From Candidatus Flemingiibacterium sp. (lineage in GTDB: Bacteria > Bacillota > Clostridia > Oscillospirales > CAG-272): DNA of 59,647 nucleotides. The translations under genes were made by a program, and so were the position numbers. The notes under the pieces were generated by a model, which was not told the origin of the DNA, made no database searches, and saw only the letters and a list, made by a program, of their open reading frames with translations. The stretch spans positions 1-59,647 of the forward strand of contig JAZNFI010000036.1 in assembly GCA_045589075.1 (NCBI GenBank). Direction: 5' to 3'. Positions 8,197 through 18,426 of the stretch are shown here, one piece after another (position 1 is the stretch's first letter; each line of letters begins with the position of its first letter).

Positions 8197-9691
8197 TAAA
8201 AAAAAGCCGGTTTTTAAGCCCGGAATAAGGTGGAAGCTTTTTTTGTACATGTTATTTTTTCTCATCTTGTTGTTGGGTCTGTTGTGGACGTTTCAGGTTG
8301 CCTTTTTCGGAGATATATATAAATCCGTCCGAATGAGAGAAATCAAAGGAAGCACAGAAGATATTTGCGATAACATTGATTTCACGGACACACAGTTAAA
8401 GGAGCTTGGCGCCAATATTTCAGATAAAAAACAGGTTTGTACACTGATATTCGATGAGAACGGCAACATTATTTCAAGCAGTCACGTGCAGACCGATTGC
8501 GTCATACACACCATGCCCCCGAGAAACATATATATGCTATACGATTTCGCAGTGCGCGAAGGCGGCGATAAGCTATCCAGATTCAAACTCGGCGGTTTTC
8601 AGAATATGAGTCCTGAAGACAATTTCCGTATACCGGGAATAATAAACCACGGAAATGACGATAAAGAAACCGAGGACAACTCCGCCGAAAGTATCATTTT
8701 TACAAAGGTAGCATATTCGGAGGAACGAGGCAAGGATGTTATCGTCATGCTTAATGCCACAGTTTCGCCCGTGGTCTCTACCGTCCGTACCCTCCGTACC
8801 GAGCTTATTATAATTACATCCTTAATGGTAATCATAGCAATTCTTTTGTCGTTTCTGATGGCACGACGCATATCCCGTCCCATAGTCAAAATAAATGAGA
8901 GTGCAAAAGAACTTGCGAAAGGCAATTACAACGCCGATTTTTCAGAAAACGGTTACCGTGAGATAGCCGAGTTGTCGGGCACACTTTCTTATGCCGCCAA
9001 AGAATTATCTAAAACAGAAGTTCTTCAACGTGAGCTAATTGCAAATATTTCTCATGACCTTCGCACACCGCTCACCATGATAACGGGGTATGCAGAGATG
9101 ATGCGTGATATACCGGGAGAAAACACGCCGGAAAACGTCCAGATAATTATAGATGAAGCAAGCAGGCTCACAAATCTCGTCAAGGATGTTCTTGATATAT
9201 CAAGGCTCCAATCGGGAACAGGAAAGCTTCAGCTCTCTGAATTCAATATCACCGAGACGGTCCGTGAGGTAATATCACGCTTTTCCAAGCTTACCGAGCA
9301 GGAGGGCTATACTGTTAGCTTCGAATATGACTGCAATGTTGTTGTCAATGCAGACCGCTCGCAGATACTTCAGGTCATCTATAACTATATAAACAACGCC
9401 ATTACACACTCCGGCAAGGACAAAAACATTCTGGTCACGCAAAAGGTTATTGTCACTGAAAAGGAAAAGAGAGTCCGAATTGAAGTAAAGGACAATGGCG
9501 TAGGTATTCCGCCTGAGCACGCTCAAAACATCTGGGATAGGTATTACAAGGTAGGCAAACCCCAAAATCGTGCCAACGTCAGCTCAGGACTTGGTCTTTC
9601 AATTGCTAAAGGAATATTGGAACTTCACGGCGCCAAGTACGGAGTAATAAGCGAAGTCGGAAAAGGCTCTACCTTCTATTTTGAGCTGTGA
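8186..9691 (+). CDS. sensor histidine kinase (2 TM, HAMP, HisKA, HATPase_c)
   Basis: 501 aa. H-box SHDLRTPLT, N-box NNAITHS, G-boxes DNGVGIP and GLGLSIAKG. The TTG start overlaps the regulator gene by 11 nt. Confidence 0.93.
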   Translation: MNHNKKKPVFKPGIRWKLFLYMLFFLILLLGLLWTFQVAFFGDIYKSVRMREIKGSTEDICDNIDFTDTQLKELGANISDKKQVCTLIFDENGNIISSSHVQTDCVIHTMPPRNIYMLYDFAVREGGDKLSRFKLGGFQNMSPEDNFRIPGIINHGNDDKETEDNSAESIIFTKVAYSEERGKDVIVMLNATVSPVVSTVRTLRTELIIITSLMVIIAILLSFLMARRISRPIVKINESAKELAKGNYNADFSENGYREIAELSGTLSYAAKELSKTEVLQRELIANISHDLRTPLTMITGYAEMMRDIPGENTPENVQIIIDEASRLTNLVKDVLDISRLQSGTGKLQLSEFNITETVREVISRFSKLTEQEGYTVSFEYDCNVVVNADRSQILQVIYNYINNAITHSGKDKNILVTQKVIVTEKEKRVRIEVKDNGVGIPPEHAQNIWDRYYKVGKPQNRANVSSGLGLSIAKGILELHGAKYGVISEVGKGSTFYFEL

Positions 9692-9707
9692 TAAGCTGAT
9701 ATTCCTG

Positions 9708-10664
9708 CTAAAACTCCGACTTTATGTCCCTCGTAAACAGCGCAGACAAACATTTGCTCGGATCTGCTCCGCGGTACAGTATTTCGTACACCGCACTGCA
9801 TATCGGAAGCTCAATGCTATATTTCCGGGAAAGTTCCATAAGAGCCTTTACCGTATAATACCCTTCAGCCAGTTCATTATAAGGCTCCTTACTAATTACA
9901 CATTCACCAAACCGCTTGTTGTGACTGTGCTGCGAGAAAAGAGTTGCCTCGTAATCGCCAAGATGACAAAGTCCGTAAGCTGAGAGTTCACTCCCCCCCA
10001 TAGCCTTTATCAGGCGTGCTATCTCATGGGTTCCCCGTGACATCAGTGCGCCTTTTAAACTTGAAAGGCGAAGTCCGTCCAGCATGCCGGCCGCGATTCC
10101 CATAACATTTTTTGCCGCCGCGCCAATCTCGTTACCTAAAAGATCGGCACCATAATAAAAGCGTATCAGTTCACTTGAAAATTCGTTTACGAGGAGTCGT
10201 TTTACCTCTTCATCTTCGCTGTCGATAACCATACAGTTGGGTATGCCCGCCGCAAAATCCTGAACATGACCCGGGCCTATCCATACCGCAATTTTATTAG
10301 AGCTGTCGGCAATTTCAGAGGCAATTTCCGAAAGTCTTTTTCCGGTGCCTAATTCAATGCCCTTCATACACAAAACAAGTATCTTGTTTTTTATTCCCAC
10401 ACCACAAAGCTCGTTCATAAGCTCACGAAGCCCTTGAGAATTAATAGATATTATGATCACTTCTGAAGAAGCCGCCTCTGTGAGAGAGGTGGTCATTTTT
10501 ATTTTATCGTCAAAAGTAAGCAGCTCGTTTTTTCTGGCTTTCATAAGTCGGGCCATGTGCTCCGATGACGCTCTTGCATACAGAGTCACAGTATGCCCAA
10601 TTTTATTCAGGTACCAGGCAATAAAAGAACCCCAGCGACCGCAGCCGACCACTGATATATTCAT
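9708..10664 (-). CDS. gpsA: NAD(P)H-dependent glycerol-3-phosphate dehydrogenase family protein
   Basis: MNISVVGCGRWGS Rossmann N-terminus and AAKNVMGIAAGM, both typical of GpsA. The ATG at 10664 lies 6 nt after GAGGTG. Confidence 0.88.
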   Translation of the reverse strand: MNISVVGCGRWGSFIAWYLNKIGHTVTLYARASSEHMARLMKARKNELLTFDDKIKMTTSLTEAASSEVIIISINSQGLRELMNELCGVGIKNKILVLCMKGIELGTGKRLSEIASEIADSSNKIAVWIGPGHVQDFAAGIPNCMVIDSEDEEVKRLLVNEFSSELIRFYYGADLLGNEIGAAAKNVMGIAAGMLDGLRLSSLKGALMSRGTHEIARLIKAMGGSELSAYGLCHLGDYEATLFSQHSHNKRFGECVISKEPYNELAEGYYTVKALMELSRKYSIELPICSAVYEILYRGADPSKCLSALFTRDIKSEF

Positions 10665-10907
10665 ACAGTTCACCTCGTATGTTTCATATGCTCATGTCAC
10701 ATTATAACACATTTTTGGCAATTAATCAACCCCTACTGCAAATATGTACTGACATTTACGCGAATACTCGAAATAAAGACTTAAAAAATTCTCTGCTTTT
10801 AGTGAAATTTCCCGTAAAAATCCTCATTAAAATATAGACAAAACCAAATAATTGTGATATAATATTATAATATTGAAGTGTAATCCCAAAGAGAAGGCGG
10901 CGATACG

Positions 10908-11543
10908 GTGAAAATATCAATATTACCTCTTGGAACAATGCGAACAAACTGCCTTATTATTTCCGACGAGGAAACGGGCATTGGTGCCGTAGTTGATCCC
11001 GGTGGGGAGAACTCCGTTGATGCCATTCTTAACCGACTTGAAACGGAGAGAATCAAGCTTAAATATATAATTCTCACCCACGCACATTTTGACCATATGC
11101 TGTCTCTTAAAAAATTACGACAGCTAACGGGTGCCCCCCTGGCACTTCACAAATATGATGCTGAGTCAATCTCGAATCCAAGCCTTACCTATATGGAACA
11201 GTTTGCAGGAATAAAGGAGGGTGAAGCCCCTGCCGATTTACTGCTGGATGACGGCGACACCCTTGAGCTTGGGAACACAAAACTGCAAATTATGCACCTG
11301 CCCGGCCATACACAAGGTTCAATAGCTTTGATAACTGACAGCTCCATAATCGCAGGCGACGTAGTGTTCAGGGGCAGTATCGGAAGATGCGACCTCTACG
11401 GCGGTGACGAAATGGCAATGAACAACTCTCTGAAACGGTTATGCTCTCTTGAGGGTGACTACAAAATATACCCGGGCCACGGCTCAACCACGACACTACA
11501 GCGCGAACGCACGCAAAATATATATTTACAGCGAATTCTGTAA
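10908..11543 (+). CDS. MBL-fold metallo-hydrolase (glyoxalase II-like)
   Basis: 211 aa with the THAHFDH zinc motif and a later PGHTQGS. GTG start. Confidence 0.9.
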   Translation: MKISILPLGTMRTNCLIISDEETGIGAVVDPGGENSVDAILNRLETERIKLKYIILTHAHFDHMLSLKKLRQLTGAPLALHKYDAESISNPSLTYMEQFAGIKEGEAPADLLLDDGDTLELGNTKLQIMHLPGHTQGSIALITDSSIIAGDVVFRGSIGRCDLYGGDEMAMNNSLKRLCSLEGDYKIYPGHGSTTTLQRERTQNIYLQRIL

Positions 11544-11561
11544 TGACGAAAGGATAGAAAA

Positions 11562-13247
11562 ATGGATTATAATTATCTTTCCGAACTGCTTTTCCCCAAC
11601 ATCAAGACCACTCCCGAGGATATGGAAGCACGCTTTCCAAGGCGTGAGCTTCCCGAGGGAGCAAAGGTAACACGTTTTGCCCCCAGCCCCACGGGCTTCG
11701 TCCACTTCGGGGGACTTTTCCCCTCTACGGTAAGCGAGCGGCTTGCACATCAAAGCGGCGGCGTTTTTTACTTGCGTATTGAGGATACAGACGCAAAGCG
11801 AGAAGTTGCAGGCGCGGCAGAGGGACTTATCAAGACCCTTGCCACCTACGGAATAAACTTTGATGAGGGTGCAATCCTCGATGAAAGCGGAAAGGTGTCC
11901 GACCAGGGCATCTACGGTCCTTACAAGCAGAGTAAACGCGGCGAAATTTATCAGACTTTCGCTAAAAAGCTTGTTGCCGAGGGTAAAGCTTACCCCTGCT
12001 TCACAACAGAGGAAGAGCTTGAGGAATTAGCACAGACAAACAAAAAAGAAGAATTAAAAAACACTGATTGGCAGGCAGAGGCTGCTGCAAGAAAGGCAGA
12101 AATGCTGGCTCGCAGGAACTTCACCATAGAAGAGGTTGAAGACCACTTAAAGGCAGGACATCCCTTCGTTATCCGTATTCTTGCTGACGGCAACCCTGAT
12201 AACAAGACCAAATTCACAGACCTCATAAAAGGAAATATTGAAGTTCCCGAAAATGACGAGGACTTTGTTCTTTTGAAGTCTGACGGAATCCCCACCTACC
12301 ATTTTGCACACGCTGTTGACGACCACTTAATGGGTACTACCCACGTAATTCGCGGTGAGGAATGGCTCCCCAGCCTTGCAAAGCACATTATGCTGTTCCG
12401 TTACCTCGGCTTCAGACTTCCCAAATATCTGCATATCGCTCAGATAATGAAGCTTGATGAATCAGGCAACAAAAAGAAGCTGTCGAAGCGCGATATGGGT
12501 GCGAATATGGACGATTACACCCGTATGGGATATTGCCCCGAAGCGGTGTGCGAGTACATTATGACCCTACTTAATTCCAACTACGAGGAATGGCACGCAC
12601 AGAATCCCGACAAGCCTTATACCGAGTTTCCGTTCAACATCAAGAAAATGTCCACCTCAGGCTGTCTTTTCGATTTTGACAAGCTAAATGACGTATCAAA
12701 GAACGTCATTTCCCGTATGAATGCTGCAGACGTTACGGCAAAGATAACCGAATGGGCAAAAGAGTTCGACCCCGACTTCGGCGCGGCACTTGCCTCTGAC
12801 CCCGTTTTTGCCGAGAAAATATTCGCTATCGGCAGAGGCGGCAAGAAACCTAGAAAAGACCTTGCAACATGGGCTGACGCGAAGCCTTACATGGGCTTCT
12901 TCTACGATGAATTCTACAAAATTGAGGACGCTATCCCCGAAACCTTCGCAAAGGACGACATCAAGGCGACACTTGCGAAGTTCACCGAAACCTACGACCC
13001 GTCAGACGATATGAACGTGTGGTTTGATAAGGTAAAGGCTATCGCCGATTCCCTGGGCTACGCCTCTGATATGAAAGCGTACAAGGCTGATCCTGCCTCA
13101 TTTAAGGGCAGCGTTGCTGACATCAGTATGTTCATAAGGGTTGCTGTTACGGGAAAAATGAACGCACCCGACCTTTACACGGTTATGCAGATTCTCGGCA
13201 CAGATAAGGTTACCGCAAGAATAGGCTCTTTCGCCGAAAGCCTTTAA
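11562..13247 (+). CDS. gltX: glutamate--tRNA ligase (long form)
   Basis: 561 aa with the class I motifs PSPTGFVHFGG (HIGH-type) and KLSKRD (KMSKS-type). RBS is aaagga. Confidence 0.92.
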   Translation: MDYNYLSELLFPNIKTTPEDMEARFPRRELPEGAKVTRFAPSPTGFVHFGGLFPSTVSERLAHQSGGVFYLRIEDTDAKREVAGAAEGLIKTLATYGINFDEGAILDESGKVSDQGIYGPYKQSKRGEIYQTFAKKLVAEGKAYPCFTTEEELEELAQTNKKEELKNTDWQAEAAARKAEMLARRNFTIEEVEDHLKAGHPFVIRILADGNPDNKTKFTDLIKGNIEVPENDEDFVLLKSDGIPTYHFAHAVDDHLMGTTHVIRGEEWLPSLAKHIMLFRYLGFRLPKYLHIAQIMKLDESGNKKKLSKRDMGANMDDYTRMGYCPEAVCEYIMTLLNSNYEEWHAQNPDKPYTEFPFNIKKMSTSGCLFDFDKLNDVSKNVISRMNAADVTAKITEWAKEFDPDFGAALASDPVFAEKIFAIGRGGKKPRKDLATWADAKPYMGFFYDEFYKIEDAIPETFAKDDIKATLAKFTETYDPSDDMNVWFDKVKAIADSLGYASDMKAYKADPASFKGSVADISMFIRVAVTGKMNAPDLYTVMQILGTDKVTARIGSFAESL

Positions 13248-13269
13248 TAAATACAAGGAGAACACAGAA

Positions 13270-14922
13270 ATGGCTATTGAAGCATCAAATTTTATTGAGG
13301 AATTTATAAATGAAGACCTTGCCGAAGGTAAGGTAAGCACCGTGCACACCCGTTTTCCGCCCGAGCCCAATGGATACCTTCATATCGGTCACTGCAAGGC
13401 TCTTGCAATCGACTTCGGCACGGCGAAAAAATACGGGGGTATGTGCAATCTCCGTATGGATGACACCAACCCGGCAAAAGAGGATACCGAGTACGTTGAT
13501 GCAATCAAGGAAGACATTCATTGGCTTGGATTTGATTGGGAAGACCGCTTCTTCTACGGCTCGGACTACTTCGACAAAGACTACGAATACGCAGTTGAGC
13601 TTATAAATAAAGGACTTGCCTACGTCTGTGAGCTTACTGCTGACCAAATGGACGAGTACAGAGGCGACCTGCAGAACCCTGCACGTTCCCCCTGGCGTGA
13701 CCGCCCCATAGAGGAAAGCCTTGACCTTTTTGAGCGTATGAAAAACGGCGAATTTCCCGACGGAAAATATACCCTTCGCGCGAAAATAGACCTTGCTTCC
13801 GGCAACTTCTGGATGCGTGACCCTGTAATTTACCGAATCAAGCATATGCATCATCACCGTCACGGTGACAAATGGTGCATTTACCCCACGTATGACTTCG
13901 CACATCCCATTCAGGACGCACTTGAGGGTATTACTCACTCCCTCTGCTCCCTTGAATTTGAGATTCACCGTCCCCTTTACAACTGGGTTATCGAGAACGT
14001 AAGCGTTCCTCACACTCCCCGTCAGATTGAATTTGCAAGACTCAACATCACAAACACCGTCCTCTCAAAGCGTTTCCTGCGCGGACTTGTTGAAAGCGGT
14101 CAGGTTGACGGCTGGGACGACCCCCGTATGCCCACCCTCTGCGGTATGAGAAGGCGTGGCTATACAGGCGCTTCTATTGTTGATTTCTGCGGACGTATCG
14201 GCGTTGCCAAGTCCGACAGCCTTGTTGACATTCGCCTGCTTGAAGCCTGCATACGCGACGAGCTTAACGAAACCGCCCCAAGACGCGTGGCTGTGCTCGA
14301 CCCCATAAAGGTAATCATCGACAACTACCCCGAAGATAAGTGCGAGGAGTTTGAGCTTCCAAACCACCCCCAGCAACCCGAAATGGGTACTCGCAAGGTA
14401 AAGTTTACAAAAGAGCTTTATATCGACGCCGAGGACTTCGCCGAGGTTCCGCCGCCCAAGTTCTTCCGCTTAAAGCCCGAGGGCGAGGTAAGACTCATGG
14501 GCGCGTATATTATTAAATGCGGTGAAATCGTAAATAACCCCGACGGCTCCATCAGGGAAATCCACGCAACAGCAGACCTTGAAACAGGCAACGGCAATCC
14601 CGTTGACGGACGGAAGATAAAGGGTACTATCCACTGGCTGTCCGCAAGCAACACCTACGAGGCAGACGTGGCTCTCTACGAAAATCTCCTTACCCTTGAA
14701 GACCCCTCAAAGCTTCCCGATGATAAGGAATACACCGATTATCTGAACCCCGAGTCAAAGAAGATAATAAAGGGTGCAAAGCTTGAGCCTTCCCTTAAAG
14801 ATGCAAAGCCCGGTGACAAGTTCCAGTTTGTCCGTGTTGGATACTTCTCGGTTGATACCAAAAATGAGGGCGTATTCAACAGAGTTGTAACCCTTAAAGA
14901 CGGATATAAGCCTGCAAAGTAA
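13270..14922 (+). CDS. glnS: glutamine--tRNA ligase
   Basis: 550 aa. NFIEEFINEDLAEGK..VHTRFPPEPNGYLHIGHCKA..NLRMDDTNP is almost colinear with E. coli GlnRS. The motif VLSKR is present. Confidence 0.96.
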   Translation: MAIEASNFIEEFINEDLAEGKVSTVHTRFPPEPNGYLHIGHCKALAIDFGTAKKYGGMCNLRMDDTNPAKEDTEYVDAIKEDIHWLGFDWEDRFFYGSDYFDKDYEYAVELINKGLAYVCELTADQMDEYRGDLQNPARSPWRDRPIEESLDLFERMKNGEFPDGKYTLRAKIDLASGNFWMRDPVIYRIKHMHHHRHGDKWCIYPTYDFAHPIQDALEGITHSLCSLEFEIHRPLYNWVIENVSVPHTPRQIEFARLNITNTVLSKRFLRGLVESGQVDGWDDPRMPTLCGMRRRGYTGASIVDFCGRIGVAKSDSLVDIRLLEACIRDELNETAPRRVAVLDPIKVIIDNYPEDKCEEFELPNHPQQPEMGTRKVKFTKELYIDAEDFAEVPPPKFFRLKPEGEVRLMGAYIIKCGEIVNNPDGSIREIHATADLETGNGNPVDGRKIKGTIHWLSASNTYEADVALYENLLTLEDPSKLPDDKEYTDYLNPESKKIIKGAKLEPSLKDAKPGDKFQFVRVGYFSVDTKNEGVFNRVVTLKDGYKPAK

Positions 14923-14958
14923 GATTAATTCCCAAAAATCAATATCAGGAGAAAATAA

Positions 14959-16932
14959 ATGAAAAAATCTATCAAAGGGACTGCTCTTATATTAGCTCTT
15001 ACGGTCATTTTCTCTCTTATTCCCCTCTCTGCCGCCGGATTTCCATCCGCGTTCTGGAAATTAAACGAAAAGTACGCCGCCGCACGCGAAGCAGGCGACG
15101 ATAAGAGCATCGTTACCTATGCAGAGCAAATATGCAAGCTTTTTGTTGGAAGATGGGACAAGGATGCCATCGGTGTTATGAGCTCCCGCTATTATGAAAT
15201 GGGAAACGCCTATGACCGCCTTGGTGAGTACGAAAAGGCCGCTGAAGCTTATAGGAATTGCATCCCCTACTTTGAAAAATACCCCGAAATAGGTCTTGAC
15301 GGAAGCGAAAACATTTATATTGCCGAAACTAAGGCAATGCTTTTCGAAAGCTGCCTTGACCTTTACCGCACCTCTTACGGATACAGAAAATATTACGGTG
15401 CTATAAACGAAAAACGCATGGGCGTGCTCTACGGCGTCGTTGGAGAGAGCACCACAAGAGAGTTGATGAACGGAAGCGATTCAATGATACTTGTTTATCA
15501 GCATTGGGGCGAGCCTATGTGGGGAGAAAACAAAAAAATTATAGCTACCGCCGCGAAGGAAGGCAAGGCTATTGAGTTTGCACTCAACCTGACGGGCGAG
15601 GGCGCACAAATAGGCGAGGTTAAGGATTCCTATGATTATATTCTTGAGCTTGTAGAGTATCTTGCCGACCTCAACACCCCCGTTTTTCTGCGTTTTGCCG
15701 CTGAAATGGACGTTTGGACAGTTCAGTGTAATCCTTCGGAGTATATTGAGGCCTTCAGATACGTTTCAGATATAGTACACGCAAACTCCGACAATATAGC
15801 AATGGTATGGAGTCCTACCTACGCAAGAGGCTGGATGGACGACGTCACCAAATATTACCCCGGCGACAAATACGTTGACTGGATAGGCGTTTCGCTGTAT
15901 CTTCAGGCGTATTACCGTGCACGCAACGACTGGTCAAAGCAGCAGAGAATAGCGATGCCCTGCTATTTTACAGGTGATGCCGCGCTTCCCGTTAAAATAA
16001 TGAACGAGCTTATCACAGAATACGGCGACAGAAAGCCCTTTATAATTTCAGAGTCAGGGGCTGCCCACACCTATAATATATTCAACGGTGTCAGTGCACA
16101 CGTTGACACCACGGATTTCGCAATAAGCAGACTTCGCAAACTCTATGAATATCTGCCCCTCGTTTATCCCCAGATAAAGGCTATATGTTATTTTGATACC
16201 TCCATAAAGGGTCAAACCGCAAATTTCGCCCTTGTGGATAACATAAGGCTCCAGGAAGCGTTCCTGCAGTTCACAAAGGACTCGGCGTTCATTCAAAACT
16301 CCTTTAACGACGAGGCAAATGCCACCTACGAAAAGCTCTCAAACGTGTTCACGGCAGAGCAGGGCTATACGGAATTTCGCACCTACGCCTCCTTCTACGG
16401 ACATGATGACGTTAGCGTTTATTACTATATTGACGGAGTTCAGGCAGCTTCCTCGGCTATGCTTCCCTATACGGTAAATGTTGACCTGTCAAAGTATTCA
16501 ATCGGCAATCACACGGTAACCGTAAAGGCTTATGACAAATCTGGCAAGCTTCTCGGGGAAAAGAGCTACACCATGGCTATTTCGAAAGCTGCCGACATTT
16601 ACATTAACAGCGAGAAGCTTGAGCTTTCGCAGAAGCCGGTTATCGTTGAGGGCACTACCCTTGTTCCGCTCCGTGCCGTGGTTGAAAAGCTTGGCGGCAC
16701 TGTAGAGTGGATTGCCGAAACCAAATCAATCATAATAAGAAACGGCAGCACCGAGATTAAGCTGCGAATCGGAAGCTACGATATGGTAACAAACGGCAAG
16801 ACTTCCACTCTCGCCGTACCTGCAAGACTTATAAATTCAAGCACCTACATTCCCCTGCGCGCAGTTTCCGAAGCAATGGAAGCTACGGTAGGCTGGGACG
16901 GTGCAACTAAAACCATAACCATAAAAAAATAA
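14959..16932 (+). CDS. secreted multidomain protein: GH26-like glycoside hydrolase core plus C-terminal copper-amine-oxidase-N-terminal-like repeats
   Basis: Signal peptide MKKSIKGTALILALTVIFSLIPLSAA. YPGDKYVDWIGVSLY, RFAAEMDVW and IISESGAAH resemble GH26 signature, acid and nucleophile regions. The C-terminal VPLRAVVEKLGGTVEW / IPLRAVSEAMEATVGW repeats are also present. Confidence 0.6.
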   Translation: MKKSIKGTALILALTVIFSLIPLSAAGFPSAFWKLNEKYAAAREAGDDKSIVTYAEQICKLFVGRWDKDAIGVMSSRYYEMGNAYDRLGEYEKAAEAYRNCIPYFEKYPEIGLDGSENIYIAETKAMLFESCLDLYRTSYGYRKYYGAINEKRMGVLYGVVGESTTRELMNGSDSMILVYQHWGEPMWGENKKIIATAAKEGKAIEFALNLTGEGAQIGEVKDSYDYILELVEYLADLNTPVFLRFAAEMDVWTVQCNPSEYIEAFRYVSDIVHANSDNIAMVWSPTYARGWMDDVTKYYPGDKYVDWIGVSLYLQAYYRARNDWSKQQRIAMPCYFTGDAALPVKIMNELITEYGDRKPFIISESGAAHTYNIFNGVSAHVDTTDFAISRLRKLYEYLPLVYPQIKAICYFDTSIKGQTANFALVDNIRLQEAFLQFTKDSAFIQNSFNDEANATYEKLSNVFTAEQGYTEFRTYASFYGHDDVSVYYYIDGVQAASSAMLPYTVNVDLSKYSIGNHTVTVKAYDKSGKLLGEKSYTMAISKAADIYINSEKLELSQKPVIVEGTTLVPLRAVVEKLGGTVEWIAETKSIIIRNGSTEIKLRIGSYDMVTNGKTSTLAVPARLINSSTYIPLRAVSEAMEATVGWDGATKTITIKK

Positions 16933-16948
16933 TAAAAGGAGAAAAGCA

Positions 16949-18226
16949 ATGGCTTACAAAATAAATACAAACTGCGTTCAGGCAGGATATACTCCAAAAA
17001 ACGGTGAGGCACGAGTTCTCCCCATCTATCAGTCCACCACCTACAAATATGAATCCAGTGAGCAAATGGGCAGACTTTTCGACCTTTCCGAGTCAGGCTA
17101 CTTCTATACAAGACTCCAGAACCCCACTAACGATGCCGTAGCAGCAAAGATATGTGCTCTTGAGGGCGGCGCGGCAGCTATGCTTACATCCTCCGGTCAG
17201 GCGGCGACCTTCTTCTCCCTGTTCACAATTCTCGGCGCAGGCGACCACATCGTTGCCTCCTCCGCACTTTACGGCGGAAGCTTCAACCTTATCGCTGTTA
17301 CCATGGCTCGTATGGGTATTGAAACAACTTTTGTGCACCCCGATATAACAGAGGAAGAGCTTTCGTCAAAGTTCAAGCCTAATACAAAGGCTGTGTTCGC
17401 GGAAACCCTCGCAAACCCCGCCCTTATCGTCCTCGACATTGAGAAATTCGCACGTCAGGCACACGCTCACGGCGTTCCCTTTATCGTGGACAACACCTTC
17501 CCCACGCCTATTAATTGCCGTCCCTTTGAGTTCGGTGCGGATATTGTAATCCACTCCACAACAAAATACATGGACGGTCACGCAACCGCAGTTGGCGGCT
17601 GTATCGTTGATTCCGGCAATTTCGACTGGCTTGCACACGCCGACAAGTTCCCCGGCATGACCACTCCCGACGAATCATATCACGGTGTTACCTACGCAAA
17701 GGAATTCGGCAAGGGCGGATACATTACCAAGGCTACCGCACAGCTTATGCGCGACCTTGGCTCAATCCAGTCTCCCCAAAATGCTTTTCTTCTGAATCTG
17801 GGTCTCGAAACTCTGCATCTCCGTGTAAAGCGTCACTGCGAGAACGCACAGACCGTTGCAGAGTATCTCGAAGCCTCTGACAAGGTAGCGTGGGTAAATT
17901 ATCCCGGCCTTAAATCGAATAAATACTATGACCTTGCAAATAAGTATCTGCCAAACGGCACATCGGGCGTTATTTCCTTCGGAATCAAGGGAGGACGTGC
18001 GGCGGCAACCAAGTTCATGGATAGCTTAAGGCTCGGCGCAATCGTTACCCACGTTGCAGATGCGCGCACCTGCCTCTTGCATCCCGCGAGCACCACACAC
18101 CGTCAGATGACCGACGAACAGCTCATTGCGGCAGGTGTTGGTCCTGACCTCATTCGCCTTTCAGTTGGTATCGAGGACGTTTCCGACATCATCGCAGACA
18201 TCGAGCAGGCACTTCTTAAAATGTAA
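16949..18226 (+). CDS. metY: O-acetylhomoserine aminocarboxypropyltransferase / cysteine synthase family PLP enzyme
   Basis: 425 aa with the PLP-lysine motif HSTTKYMDGH and overall Cys/Met-metabolism PLP family architecture. Confidence 0.93.
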   Translation: MAYKINTNCVQAGYTPKNGEARVLPIYQSTTYKYESSEQMGRLFDLSESGYFYTRLQNPTNDAVAAKICALEGGAAAMLTSSGQAATFFSLFTILGAGDHIVASSALYGGSFNLIAVTMARMGIETTFVHPDITEEELSSKFKPNTKAVFAETLANPALIVLDIEKFARQAHAHGVPFIVDNTFPTPINCRPFEFGADIVIHSTTKYMDGHATAVGGCIVDSGNFDWLAHADKFPGMTTPDESYHGVTYAKEFGKGGYITKATAQLMRDLGSIQSPQNAFLLNLGLETLHLRVKRHCENAQTVAEYLEASDKVAWVNYPGLKSNKYYDLANKYLPNGTSGVISFGIKGGRAAATKFMDSLRLGAIVTHVADARTCLLHPASTTHRQMTDEQLIAAGVGPDLIRLSVGIEDVSDIIADIEQALLKM

Positions 18227-18231
18227 AAGCT

Positions 18232-18267
18232 ATACGCCGCTCCCTGACGGGAACGGCGTATTTTTTG
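18232..18267 (+). terminator. intrinsic terminator after metY
   Basis: Hairpin atacgccgctccc-tgac-gggaacggcgtat followed by tttttt. Confidence 0.85.
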
Positions 18268-18426
18268 TGTAAAAAATATATAAAATATCTCTGAAAGTTT
18301 ACAATATGATATATCAATTTTAGAAAAAATGTAGTATACTATTTTTGTATATGCATTAGTTGCCTCGTTTTTTGGCAAAATGCAGTTGATTTCTGTAAAA
18401 TATCCTTAAACAACGGAGAAAACATA

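Noticed and set aside
13285-14013. 242-aa antisense ORF inside glnS, plus similar long antisense ORFs at 5493..6152, 18406..19029, 37040..37705, 43108..43911, 44535..45149 and 54519..55316
   Set aside because: Each lies fully within, and opposite to, a gene with strong family motifs (GlnRS, FGGY kinase, SecA, TyrRS, XseA, TsaD-like, M23). None has a recognisable domain or start context, so I treat them as shadow ORFs.
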